Source: a virus
IMG/VR virus record: IMGVR_UViG_3300043449_002191
Location: 93,342-157,341 of that record
Strand: one strand, 5' to 3'
Length of the DNA: 64,000 bases
Shown here in pieces: positions 8,529-17,906 of the stretch. The first letter of the stretch is position 1. Every line of letters starts with the position of its first letter. The position numbers and the translations under genes were made by a program. The notes beneath the pieces are model-generated. The model was not told the origin of the DNA and did not search any database. It saw nothing but the letters and a program-made list of their open reading frames with translations.

Positions 8529-10256
8529 CTAAGCCTCGCAGGACTTGCAATCAGACTCATCCTTAAAGACACTATCCCCCTTAAGAACACTCTCAGGGCG
8601 CAGGTAATAAAGCCCTTTAAGGCCAAGCTGCCAAGCCTCCAAGTGAACGGAATGGATGTATTTAGCTAACTTCTTCTTATCCTCTTCGTTCTGGACATCA
8701 TCGGGCATAGCGAAAAACAAATTAATACTCTGACCCTGATCAATCCACTTCTGCCTCTGTCCAGCCTGCCTAACGATGGCAAACTGGTTAATCTCACGGG
8801 CGGTAAAAAATACCTCTTTTTCTAAGTCGCTAAGGCCATCTACGTTCTTTACAGACCCTTTATCTTTATTGATCTGATTCCAGACCTCCACAGTATTAAG
8901 TCCTTTAGACTCAAGAAGCTTTTCTAAAACAGGGTTTTTGCGTATAAACGTACCTTTAGCAGACTTCTGGGCATAAATATTAGCTCCAATAGGTTCAACT
9001 CCTTGAGAAACTCCCCCAGAGATAAGACTATTAGAAACAGTAGGGGCAATAGCCAATAAAGTCGCATTCCTTCTAGTTCCAGTTGTATCCCACGGGCAAG
9101 CTCCGTACTCTTTAGCTAATTCTTTTGTAGCCTGATCAGCATCTGCCCTAATTTTACTAAAGATCTCGGCATTAAGCATCATAGACTCATAAGAATCAAA
9201 GGGTATGCTTTTTTCCTGTAGGAGGGTGTGCCAGCCTAAGACACCTAAACCAAGGGGCCTAGCATCTTCAGACATACGTCTAGCCTTATCAAGGCCAGGA
9301 ATGCTTTTAGATTTTTCATTGAATTCCGTAACAATTGCGTCCAAGAACATAATGGCCAGCTTTACGGTGTCAGTATCTTTCCACTCATCATATCGGGCCA
9401 AGTTAAGCGACGAAAGCACACAAACGTAAGTGTATTCGTCTGAAGACGGCAAGAAGATCTCGTTACAAAGCTGAGACGCATAGATTTTACGGCCCCCAAA
9501 GGTCTCTGGAGCCTTTTTGTTGGCCGTGTCGCCAAACATAAGGTATGGCTCTCCAGTCTCAACACGGGCTTTTAAGATCTTGTTCCACAAATTTCGCTCA
9601 TGTTCTGCTCCGTTTAGGGCTTTTTCCATGAAATCATCGGAAATAATCACGGCATGATGAAAGTTTGAGGATTGACAGCGACGAGAAGGGTCTCCAGTGG
9701 GTCTACGGATGTCAATAAATTCATCGATATCACCATGCTCAACCTCTAAATAAATAGCCTCAGCACCTCTCCTGACGCCGCCCTGGGCGGTGGACTGGAT
9801 AACCTGTTCGTCCACCTTCAGCCAGGGGATAATTCCTTCGGACTTACCGTTCCCCCTGATCGCCGCCCCTCTGGGGCGGATAGCGCCGTAGTATTTGCCA
9901 ATACCGCCGCCGTTTTTCGTCAGCATAGCTGTCTCATGGTATCCCTTGAAGATGCCATCTACACTATCCTGGACATACTGTCCAAAACAACTTACGGGTA
10001 AACCCCGTTCGGTGCCACTATTAGACGCAATAGGAGTAGATAAACCAAGCCAATTATTATAAATAATAGAATAGAATTTATCCTCAAGTTCAGGTTTATT
10101 TAGATTCTTAGCAGCAGATTTGCTTACACGACGATACATATCTACAGGCGTCTCTCCATCCAATAGATAGCCACTTTTTAATGTTTGAAATCCCTCAAGC
10201 GTTAACCATTGGGGGGCTTTACCTTGCTGTTTTAACTCTAAAAGCTCGTTAGTCAT
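8529..10256 (-). CDS. nrdA: ribonucleotide reductase class I alpha subunit (no ATP-cone)
   Basis: PVSCF, QGGVRRG, SQLCNE, VCVLSS, IAPT, DQGQS, LYY, C-terminal CKSC; start 10256 with AAGGAG. Confidence 0.95.
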   Translation of the reverse strand: MTNELLELKQQGKAPQWLTLEGFQTLKSGYLLDGETPVDMYRRVSKSAAKNLNKPELEDKFYSIIYNNWLGLSTPIASNSGTERGLPVSCFGQYVQDSVDGIFKGYHETAMLTKNGGGIGKYYGAIRPRGAAIRGNGKSEGIIPWLKVDEQVIQSTAQGGVRRGAEAIYLEVEHGDIDEFIDIRRPTGDPSRRCQSSNFHHAVIISDDFMEKALNGAEHERNLWNKILKARVETGEPYLMFGDTANKKAPETFGGRKIYASQLCNEIFLPSSDEYTYVCVLSSLNLARYDEWKDTDTVKLAIMFLDAIVTEFNEKSKSIPGLDKARRMSEDARPLGLGVLGWHTLLQEKSIPFDSYESMMLNAEIFSKIRADADQATKELAKEYGACPWDTTGTRRNATLLAIAPTVSNSLISGGVSQGVEPIGANIYAQKSAKGTFIRKNPVLEKLLESKGLNTVEVWNQINKDKGSVKNVDGLSDLEKEVFFTAREINQFAIVRQAGQRQKWIDQGQSINLFFAMPDDVQNEEDKKKLAKYIHSVHLEAWQLGLKGLYYLRPESVLKGDSVFKDESDCKSCEA

Positions 10257-11211
10257 TCCATACTCCTTCAAAGTCAATCACACCTCTAGCGTAAGCGGTA
10301 ACCTTACCTGCAAAAAAATCTTGCATTTCTACGCCATTACTTAAAACGTCAAACCATTGTAATCGGTCTAGGGCAGTTTTGTCAATATTTTTCCAATTAG
10401 ACTTTAAGCCAAGCTCATGAAGCTTAGTATTAGCCCTATATCGCATATAGTTCTTAAGATCGCTTTCTGTTAAATTAGGAAGATCACCTTTTTCAAAGGC
10501 TTTTTCAATAAATGCATCTTCTAGCTCAATTGTAAGTCTAGCCGCATCGTAAATTTCTTTTTTTAGCTCATCTGTCCAGATTTCAGGGTTTTCCTTAATA
10601 AACTCCCTAAAAAGCCAGCAGCCAGCATTGCTATGCAAAGATTCGTCTCTAATAGACCAGCTAACAATTTGGCCTACGCCCTTAAGGTAATTCCTTTGAG
10701 AAAAGGACATTAAGATAGCAAAGGAGCTGAATAAGCTGACACCTTCATTAAAGGCAGAGAATACAGCCATTGACTTAGCCAAATCTACTTTATTCTTAGA
10801 TTTCATAGACATTAGCCTGTCAATTTTGCTTTTTGTTGTAGGTTCATGCAAAAAGGCTTCATAATTATCTAGACCAAGAGTATCATTAAGATACGCATAT
10901 CCGGCAATATGTATTGTCTCAAATGAGGAAAACGTATTAGCCATCATCTGAATTTCAGGCTTTTTGAATCGGTTAGCAATAACATTTGTCCAATAATCAG
11001 AAATAATGACCTCGGCTTGAGTAAATCCTTTTAAGATCGACCCAATGACGTGTCTGTCAGTGTCAGATAGATTAATTTTCCAATCATTTACATCCGAAGC
11101 CATTTGAACTTCGGTGTGAAGCCAATGAGATTGCTGGGCCTTTAACCAGTAATCGTAAGCTTGAGGATATTCGAACGGCCTATAGATTGGTCTAGGTGTA
11201 AGTAGTCCCAA
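10249..11211 (-). CDS. nrdB: ribonucleotide reductase class I beta subunit
   Basis: ETIHxxGY, EGVSLFSSF, RDESLH, DFF C-terminus. Confidence 0.95.
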   Translation of the reverse strand: MGLLTPRPIYRPFEYPQAYDYWLKAQQSHWLHTEVQMASDVNDWKINLSDTDRHVIGSILKGFTQAEVIISDYWTNVIANRFKKPEIQMMANTFSSFETIHIAGYAYLNDTLGLDNYEAFLHEPTTKSKIDRLMSMKSKNKVDLAKSMAVFSAFNEGVSLFSSFAILMSFSQRNYLKGVGQIVSWSIRDESLHSNAGCWLFREFIKENPEIWTDELKKEIYDAARLTIELEDAFIEKAFEKGDLPNLTESDLKNYMRYRANTKLHELGLKSNWKNIDKTALDRLQWFDVLSNGVEMQDFFAGKVTAYARGVIDFEGVWND

Positions 11212-11253
11212 GTAGCCCCCTTATGCTGTAGTAACTATTTTTTAATTATACCG

Positions 11254-11880
11254 TTATGACTGCTTTAACTCAAGAAGAATTTGGTCTAGATCTAAAGATT
11301 TTTTTTGGGACTCTAAGGATTTAGTGTACCCAAAATAGGCCAATGCAATGGCATCAGCTATATCATGATCTTTTTTAAGTAATTTTAAGTTAAACATATT
11401 ATTGGCCCATAATACTGCAAGGTGTTTTGGTGTAACCTTTCCTCTGGCTACCCCATCTTTAACAGATTTATTATGTTTACGCTGATCTTTAGTCAATTTT
11501 ATGCTTAAATCTGATCGCCATCTAGATGTATCAACATAATACAATTTATTAGTTCTACTATGAATAGCTAATGCCTGCAAAAATAAGCAGTGTATAAATT
11601 CTAGCTGTTTTTGGCTAGATCTAAATTTGCCAGCATTGGTTTGTTCTGCAAAAATATAATCCGGTGATTCTTCTTCAATTTTTTCAAATATAGCTGAATT
11701 GGCCTTATGTGCCCTAAAGTACATTTCTAAATCTTGCAATCTTTGAGACTGAGTGTTAGAAGTTTTTAATAGACCATAAGACAAAAGTTTGCCATCTTCA
11801 ATGACAGCAAACCCTGTTTTTGTTGATATGTCTAATCCTAAAACTTTAGTCAACGATAGGCTCCCCTTCGACTTCGCCAC
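11254..11880 (-). CDS. ruvC: RuvC-like Holliday junction resolvase
   Basis: LGLDISTKTGFA, AEQ, HDIADAIALA; true start may be about 9 codons downstream. Confidence 0.8.
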   Translation of the reverse strand: MAKSKGSLSLTKVLGLDISTKTGFAVIEDGKLLSYGLLKTSNTQSQRLQDLEMYFRAHKANSAIFEKIEEESPDYIFAEQTNAGKFRSSQKQLEFIHCLFLQALAIHSRTNKLYYVDTSRWRSDLSIKLTKDQRKHNKSVKDGVARGKVTPKHLAVLWANNMFNLKLLKKDHDIADAIALAYFGYTKSLESQKKSLDLDQILLELKQS

Positions 11881-12160
11881 GTTCCTGAAGGATCTTATAA
11901 ATCAGTTTTGTCTTCATTTTAATAGCTTTAACTGGAAGAGTATAAGTTTCATTAGCAACTTTAAGCTGTTCTTTCAAAGATTTAATGTCTTCATCTTTAG
12001 ATTGAGTTACTTCAAGCAATGTTCTTTGTTTTGCCATATCAGCAATTTTGTCGTTTAATTGCTCATTTTTAAGCATATAAACTTCTTCTACAAATGTAGG
12101 ATCAAGTTCTTTAACTTTATCAAAAAGAGTCTTTGGTCCTTTTTTAGCTTTTTTAGCCAT
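11846..12160 (-). CDS. hypothetical coiled-coil protein
   Basis: ORF with GGAG RBS. Confidence 0.65.
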   Translation of the reverse strand: MAKKAKKGPKTLFDKVKELDPTFVEEVYMLKNEQLNDKIADMAKQRTLLEVTQSKDEDIKSLKEQLKVANETYTLPVKAIKMKTKLIYKILQERGEVEGEPIVD

Positions 12161-12163
12161 GGG

Positions 12164-12352
12164 TTACTCCGTAACTGTTTGGTTGTTGTTTTGTTGATCT
12201 AATAAAGCGTTTAAAACGTAAATACCGCCAAGAATTTGAAGTCTTTGAGCTTTTAGGTCTTCTATTAACTGTAAAGCAGTCTTTATTCTTTGATCGACTT
12301 CTTTAAGCTCTGTTTCCAGTTTCTCTTTAAGCTGCTCTTGGTTTAACGTCAT
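12164..12352 (-). CDS. hypothetical protein
   Basis: ATG 12352 with GAGG RBS and TGCTATAAT upstream. Confidence 0.6.
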   Translation of the reverse strand: MTLNQEQLKEKLETELKEVDQRIKTALQLIEDLKAQRLQILGGIYVLNALLDQQNNNQTVTE

Positions 12353-12368
12353 AAATCCTCTCAACTTA

Positions 12369-12794
12369 TTATAGCATTTTTTCTGATTCAGCGGTCCATA
12401 GAACATCTAATTCAACTATTTCAGCTCCGACAACCGCACATACAACTACCCTGACTGGTTTTTTACCAGAAGATATATATGAGTCTGAAAGCTCCCTAAA
12501 GTATTCTACGACTTTTGTCGGCTTTACTTCCCACTTCCTTACGTTTTCTTCATCCACATTTTCATTAGCACAGATCATTTGAGAATAATTCCTTAAGTCT
12601 TCTTGGGAAATAAATACTCGTACAATCCCACTTGCGCTAGAATTCTCTTCTTTTGGGTTTTCCATGTAAAAAGAAGACCTTGCTCCATCGGTAACCAAGC
12701 ATATGTAGACGGGGCTGTCTTTTGCAATTTTTTCAAAATATGCTTTCATTAAGTTTTCAGGCAACGTGTATGGTCTACTATTGACTAACGACAT
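12369..12794 (-). CDS. hypothetical protein
   Basis: 141 aa ORF overlapping the sbcC stop. Confidence 0.6.
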   Translation of the reverse strand: MSLVNSRPYTLPENLMKAYFEKIAKDSPVYICLVTDGARSSFYMENPKEENSSASGIVRVFISQEDLRNYSQMICANENVDEENVRKWEVKPTKVVEYFRELSDSYISSGKKPVRVVVCAVVGAEIVELDVLWTAESEKML

Positions 12795-14586
12795 ATGACT
12801 CTCTTCCGTTATATTCTATCTGTATTACTTTATCAAAACTCTCTTTAATCTCAGTTGCATGATCAATAATAATAACTAGACCATTTACTCTAGATTTAAT
12901 CATATCAATCGCAGCCTGTTTTTCTTCTACTCCAAATCCATCCATGGCTTCATCTAAGCAAACCCAGCCAAGTGCGCTACCAGACCTAGATCTAATAGCC
13001 TCTGATGCAGCTAAATCTGTGCAAAGTTCTATTGAACACTGCTGACCACCCGATAGCTGCCTAAGAGTTCTTGTTTTTCCATGTTTCTGTAGGCTTACAT
13101 TAATCTGCTTTTTTGTGGTCCCCTTGCCTTTTACCTCTTTGTTGGAATCAATTTTAACAACAAATTCGTTTACATTTGGTATTTCAGAGATCATGTCATT
13201 TGCTCTAGATTGAATATCAAGTAGAATTTCATCAAAAATAGAGCCCATAAACCCATCTCTACCAATCATTTTTAAGGCGAGACTATAATTATGCGCCTGT
13301 TTTTGCACAGATAGCAGCTCGACTTGGGCATCATTTAGATTTTTTTGCATAGCAGCTATTTGCTCGATGGACCTTTGCCTATTAAGTTTAATTTTTTCCA
13401 AAGTGTCTAGGTTCATTTGTAACGATGCCTTTTTATCTGAAAGTAACCTGATTGGCATATTTCTGTTTTCAGTTTCCATTTTTATGGACATAATCTTTAC
13501 ATTTAAAGCGGATAATGACTGATTAGTTTGGTCCTCTAATTCTTTCAAGTGAGGCAGTTCTAGTTGAAGAGATTCTGAATTTTTAATATATTGGATGTTT
13601 TCTGAAAACTTTTTACGTTTATCTTCAATAAGGGCCTGGACTTGGTTTACTTTTTCCTGAGAAGTGTTCCAGCCATCTCTGTTGCAAGTGTTGCACATTC
13701 CATTAGATGCGTGTTCGATAAAATTATGCAGCTCCATAACTTCTTGTTTAGTTTTATCGTTTTCTTTTTTTAACATTTCAACTTTTGACATTACTGAAAC
13801 AATATCTTTTTGTCGATTTCTTACAGATAAAAGCTTTGATTCTAATTCTTTTAGTTGACTACTTATCTCAGCCGTTTCTGGCATAGATCTGTCAACAGAA
13901 AGTTTAGAAATTTCAAGGTCAGTTTGCAAAATTTGTTGCCTAATTGATTCTACTTCACTTAAAGATATTTCGTTTGGTAAATTTGAGGAAAAAATTTGAA
14001 TATTTGTTTGAAATCCTTCAATTTTTTGTTTAATTGCAGATTCCGCTCTTTCTAAATCTTTTAATTTTAAATCTATTTCATCAGATGCAGATTCTAGCTC
14101 CCCCAAGTTTAAGGGGTTAGTTAAGAATTCCTTTATCTGTGCATCCGTAGAGTTTATAAACTCACCCTTGGTTCTTTGTTCTCTATATGTGATTATCTTT
14201 AAAACATCCTCAGAGCATTTAACTATGTTACCCATAAAGTATTCTTTTGCTCCAGTAGATAAAGACTCATATGGTTTTCCGTTTATTTGCAAAGAAAACT
14301 TTGGATTTCTAGTTAAAGTGTAGGTATTTGTGCCATCTGTAAGGGTAAGCTCGGCAAATATTGACTTGCTTTCATCATTTTTAAGTTCTGTAGCAGGTGT
14401 AGAGTTTATATCTAAACAAAAGGCCATTGCCTCCATTATTGAGGATTTGCCAGTTCCAGACGAAAGTGTGGAGTTAGTTCTGTAGCCAGAGATTAAAACA
14501 AGACCTTTTTCAGGAAAAGTAACTGCAGCTTTTTCCTTAAAACTCTTAAAACCTTCAATTTCAATCTTTATTGGCCTTAATATCAT
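12778..14586 (-). CDS. sbcC: SbcC/Rad50/gp46-like ABC ATPase
   Basis: GFKSF, Walker A GTGKSS, zinc hook CNTC in the coiled coil, LSGGQ, LDE, H-loop IDH. Confidence 0.92.
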   Translation of the reverse strand: MILRPIKIEIEGFKSFKEKAAVTFPEKGLVLISGYRTNSTLSSGTGKSSIMEAMAFCLDINSTPATELKNDESKSIFAELTLTDGTNTYTLTRNPKFSLQINGKPYESLSTGAKEYFMGNIVKCSEDVLKIITYREQRTKGEFINSTDAQIKEFLTNPLNLGELESASDEIDLKLKDLERAESAIKQKIEGFQTNIQIFSSNLPNEISLSEVESIRQQILQTDLEISKLSVDRSMPETAEISSQLKELESKLLSVRNRQKDIVSVMSKVEMLKKENDKTKQEVMELHNFIEHASNGMCNTCNRDGWNTSQEKVNQVQALIEDKRKKFSENIQYIKNSESLQLELPHLKELEDQTNQSLSALNVKIMSIKMETENRNMPIRLLSDKKASLQMNLDTLEKIKLNRQRSIEQIAAMQKNLNDAQVELLSVQKQAHNYSLALKMIGRDGFMGSIFDEILLDIQSRANDMISEIPNVNEFVVKIDSNKEVKGKGTTKKQINVSLQKHGKTRTLRQLSGGQQCSIELCTDLAASEAIRSRSGSALGWVCLDEAMDGFGVEEKQAAIDMIKSRVNGLVIIIDHATEIKESFDKVIQIEYNGRESYVVSQ

Positions 14587-15559
14587 TAAGTCTCCTGAGT
14601 AGCTCTTCAAAGTCTTGATCTGAGCAGCCTAGATTCAATCTAAAAAATTGATCTGTTGCCCCAAAAAATGAGCCCTCGATACTAATGATATTATACTGTT
14701 TTTCTATTGATTCTTTACCATTTAGATCTGTTTTATGTTTGCACCAAATAAACATACCGTCTAAATCGCCATTTTCTATAGTAAAGGGTAATTTTTTAGT
14801 ATTTTCAATATGTTTTAGTTTTTCTCGTCTATTATTTAGTATTTTTTTACCGTAAGATATTGCATTTATTACATCTTTTTGTTTTATTTTTTCAACAATA
14901 AGCTCCGCAGCTGTAGAATACCCTCCTGTAGAAAGCTCTACATATTCAGTCATGGCATTGGCAATTTTTTTATCTTTACAATATGCGTAACCAATCCTAA
15001 GTCCAGCTAATCCTAAAGATTTAGCTAACGAGTATATTATTATGTCTGCTTTTGGTACGGTTATATCATTTTTATATTGAGGCCATGAATAGCAAGCGTC
15101 TATAACTGTAAAAGATGTTTCGTCTGAATTGTTAAAGTAATCTGCAGAGCATCCGTCTGGATTGTTTGGATGAACAATAAAATTTACACAATTGCTTAAG
15201 GTATTTAATTTGGCGCTGTTTGTTAATATTTTTGAATTGCTATTACCGAAATTAATTAAAACCTTTAACCTGCCCCAATAAAGATCTTTCATTACCCAGG
15301 TGTCTAATCCATAAACCTTTTTAACCGCATATGAAGCTGCTGATACAAGCTGGCTTGCTCCAATACCAACAACAAGATGTTCCTGGTTTTTATGTAACTT
15401 TTTAATTAATGATTCTATCTTTTTTGATGGTATGGCGCAATTGTAGTCAGAAAAATGGCTATATTTTACTTTTATGGTTTTAGTAAAATTTTCCCAATAT
15501 TTAGTCATGTACTTTGGATAACCAAACCCTAAATCTAATGGGCTATTCTTCATCTTCAT
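14561..15559 (-). CDS. PLP-dependent fold-I enzyme, alliinase/TAA1-like
   Basis: VVGIGASQL, PNNPDG, DACYSWPQY, SLAK(PLP Lys)SLGLAGLRIGY, RLNL. Confidence 0.8.
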   Translation of the reverse strand: MKMKNSPLDLGFGYPKYMTKYWENFTKTIKVKYSHFSDYNCAIPSKKIESLIKKLHKNQEHLVVGIGASQLVSAASYAVKKVYGLDTWVMKDLYWGRLKVLINFGNSNSKILTNSAKLNTLSNCVNFIVHPNNPDGCSADYFNNSDETSFTVIDACYSWPQYKNDITVPKADIIIYSLAKSLGLAGLRIGYAYCKDKKIANAMTEYVELSTGGYSTAAELIVEKIKQKDVINAISYGKKILNNRREKLKHIENTKKLPFTIENGDLDGMFIWCKHKTDLNGKESIEKQYNIISIEGSFFGATDQFFRLNLGCSDQDFEELLRRLNDIKANKD

Positions 15560-15818
15560 CTGAAAGTCCCCGTTGCTCTTTATACCTTTCGTCGTCTTGC
15601 TTGCTTCTTTCTTCCATAATATTTTCAATATCATGGAGCCTCTCTACAGCTCTACCCATTACTCCGTTGTCTAATTTTTCAATAACTTGGGTGGTCCCAA
15701 TTTTAATAACAGGCTTTGATGCTACCCCACAGGTAGGGCAATCGGCCACATCTTTTCTTCTTTCTAAAATAAGCTTAAAATCCCCATGCTCTGGACACTT
15801 ATAAGTAAACCAGCCCAT
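15543..15818 (-). CDS. FmdB-like zinc-ribbon protein
   Basis: YKCPEHG...CPTCG. Confidence 0.7.
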   Translation of the reverse strand: MGWFTYKCPEHGDFKLILERRKDVADCPTCGVASKPVIKIGTTQVIEKLDNGVMGRAVERLHDIENIMEERSKQDDERYKEQRGLSDEDEE

Positions 15819-16132
15819 TATTCCTCCAGAGGCAATTGATCAAATCCAGAGCTTTTAATAAACTCTTCAGATGCATCCTTACATATTAAAATTGCAGTTT
15901 CATTCGGCAAATTTAATGTAAGTGCTGATGTACATCCTATAAAAAACCCTAATTGAACATTTTTAGGAATTAAAGCAGAAAGAGCATTTAATCTTTCGTT
16001 TTGATGATTTAAAATAAAAGAGAAAAGCAGCAATAAGACCGCAGTTGTAAATAGGCTTGCCTGTATTTTAGCTTTTTTAATTTCGCTAATATTTTGCCAA
16101 GCATTTTTGATTTTACTTAAAATGTTACTCAT
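15818..16132 (-). CDS. small membrane-anchored protein
   Basis: Hydrophobic LFTTAVLLLLFSFIL segment. Confidence 0.55.
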   Translation of the reverse strand: MSNILSKIKNAWQNISEIKKAKIQASLFTTAVLLLLFSFILNHQNERLNALSALIPKNVQLGFFIGCTSALTLNLPNETAILICKDASEEFIKSSGFDQLPLEE

Positions 16133-17906
16133 TTTCTACCGATCCTCTCTGCCCTGTAGCAGCTTCGAATTGTCTTACAAACTTTTCTTCTTGTTTATCT
16201 GAATCATTATCCCTCTTAAAGGCAACAATACCGCCAAGCGTTCCAAGTAAGGATGCGATTGAAATACTGTTTCTAATAGCTTCAAGTACTGCTGGCGCAG
16301 AATCTAATAAGTCATATGCTGGAACCCATTTTTCTGCTGACAGGTCATAGGTTAACGAATCATCCTTTAAAATGTTGTAAATCTGAGTTAGAATTTCTTC
16401 TGGCACATACCCATAGTTTCTATATAAAGCCTTAACAGGATGAAGCAAGGATTCGCCTAAAATAAGAGCTGCAAGCTTTTTAGGCCAATTATCTGTAATC
16501 TTTTCTGCTCTTACTGTAAGCTCGGCAGCAATTCTTGTAAGAATATACCCACCACCTGGAACAGCACCATGCTTTAAGGCTCCTTTAATCGCCATCCAAG
16601 CGTCCTCAGCTCTATCACGCTTTTCTCTTGTTTCTCCAGACGATGGTCCAGAGATATTGAGTCTTACAATTCCAGCAGTAAGTTTACCAATTCTAACTTC
16701 CAAATCATTTAATTCGTAAATGCTTTCTGGCTTTTCTTTTTGCAGTTTAAGTTCTTCGACTCTGATAGAAATAGCTTCTGGGTCTTCATCAGCAAAAACC
16801 ATTGTTTTATATCGTGATACATCAATTTTCTTAACCCTGGAATTATTGCATACAAATTGTGGGTTAATATCAACAATTGGCCTGTCAATTGGATTAAACA
16901 CTGGAGTTCCAGTATAAGCCTGCAAGTCATACAGGAAATTAGTTCTCCAGTTCTGGATGGCCTTTTCAGGAGTCATTAAAGGTAGGATTTTAACTTTAGA
17001 GTGGGGATGGTTCCAGTTTACGTGCAAGTCTCCAAGAACGATTTCAGAAAATCCATGGGCCACTAATACAATGTTTTTATCCTGTCTGTTTGTCTCATCA
17101 AAATATTCAGAAAGCTTTGTAAATGCTTCAAAAACTTGCGACATATCATTAATGTTACCGTCAAACAGGATCACAATTGGATTGTTTAATTCAACTCCAT
17201 TACCACTCTTATTATTAATAAAGCCATTGGAAAAATTCCTACAAGATTCTTCATATCCACGTTCTACGGTATACCCATTGATTCGCTCAACGATATATTT
17301 TGATGGACCTTGCATTTCTACAATAGTCATGTTCCCTTCTTCTCCGACAAGCTCAAGACCTTCAATAATTGCGTCTGAAAGCTCTAAATCACCATTTCCA
17401 GATAAAGAAGCTACTTTATGTAAAACCTCTTTATAATTATCCCCGTTAATCTTAAGCTTATATTTTTCTACAATCTCTTCCATTACAGGTACAAGCTTTT
17501 CCATTTCCCTAACGATCTTCTGAGGGCTAAGTCTTGGGTTATTTTTTGTGGCATCAGATGTATATTCTGCAATTGCGCTCGAAAGGATTGTTGCTGTAGT
17601 AGTTCCGTCCCCAGCTTCATTTGCAGTTCTAATAGCAGCATCCCTTGCCGCCTCAAGGATAAGCTGTTTAGTAGCTTCTTCATATCCAAGATTTTTAACA
17701 ACAGTCACGCCGTCTTTTGTAATAATTGGCTTCATGTTAACTTCGGAGCGTTCGATCAAAACTTGACGACCACCTGGACCTAAAGTAGCTCCTACCATTT
17801 CAGCAATGTGAGATAGCGTTTTCACAACTTCATCCTGAAGCTTAGTGCTAGATGGAATCATTACTTTTGCTGCAGATTTTGGTTTACCTACTTGAAACAG
17901 ACTCAT
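16125..17906 (-). CDS. groEL: chaperonin GroEL
   Basis: TLGPGG, ITKDGVTV, AGDGTTTAT, EDA, VPGGG; start 17906 with AAGGAG. Confidence 0.93.
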   Translation of the reverse strand: MSLFQVGKPKSAAKVMIPSSTKLQDEVVKTLSHIAEMVGATLGPGGRQVLIERSEVNMKPIITKDGVTVVKNLGYEEATKQLILEAARDAAIRTANEAGDGTTTATILSSAIAEYTSDATKNNPRLSPQKIVREMEKLVPVMEEIVEKYKLKINGDNYKEVLHKVASLSGNGDLELSDAIIEGLELVGEEGNMTIVEMQGPSKYIVERINGYTVERGYEESCRNFSNGFINNKSGNGVELNNPIVILFDGNINDMSQVFEAFTKLSEYFDETNRQDKNIVLVAHGFSEIVLGDLHVNWNHPHSKVKILPLMTPEKAIQNWRTNFLYDLQAYTGTPVFNPIDRPIVDINPQFVCNNSRVKKIDVSRYKTMVFADEDPEAISIRVEELKLQKEKPESIYELNDLEVRIGKLTAGIVRLNISGPSSGETREKRDRAEDAWMAIKGALKHGAVPGGGYILTRIAAELTVRAEKITDNWPKKLAALILGESLLHPVKALYRNYGYVPEEILTQIYNILKDDSLTYDLSAEKWVPAYDLLDSAPAVLEAIRNSISIASLLGTLGGIVAFKRDNDSDKQEEKFVRQFEAATGQRGSVENE

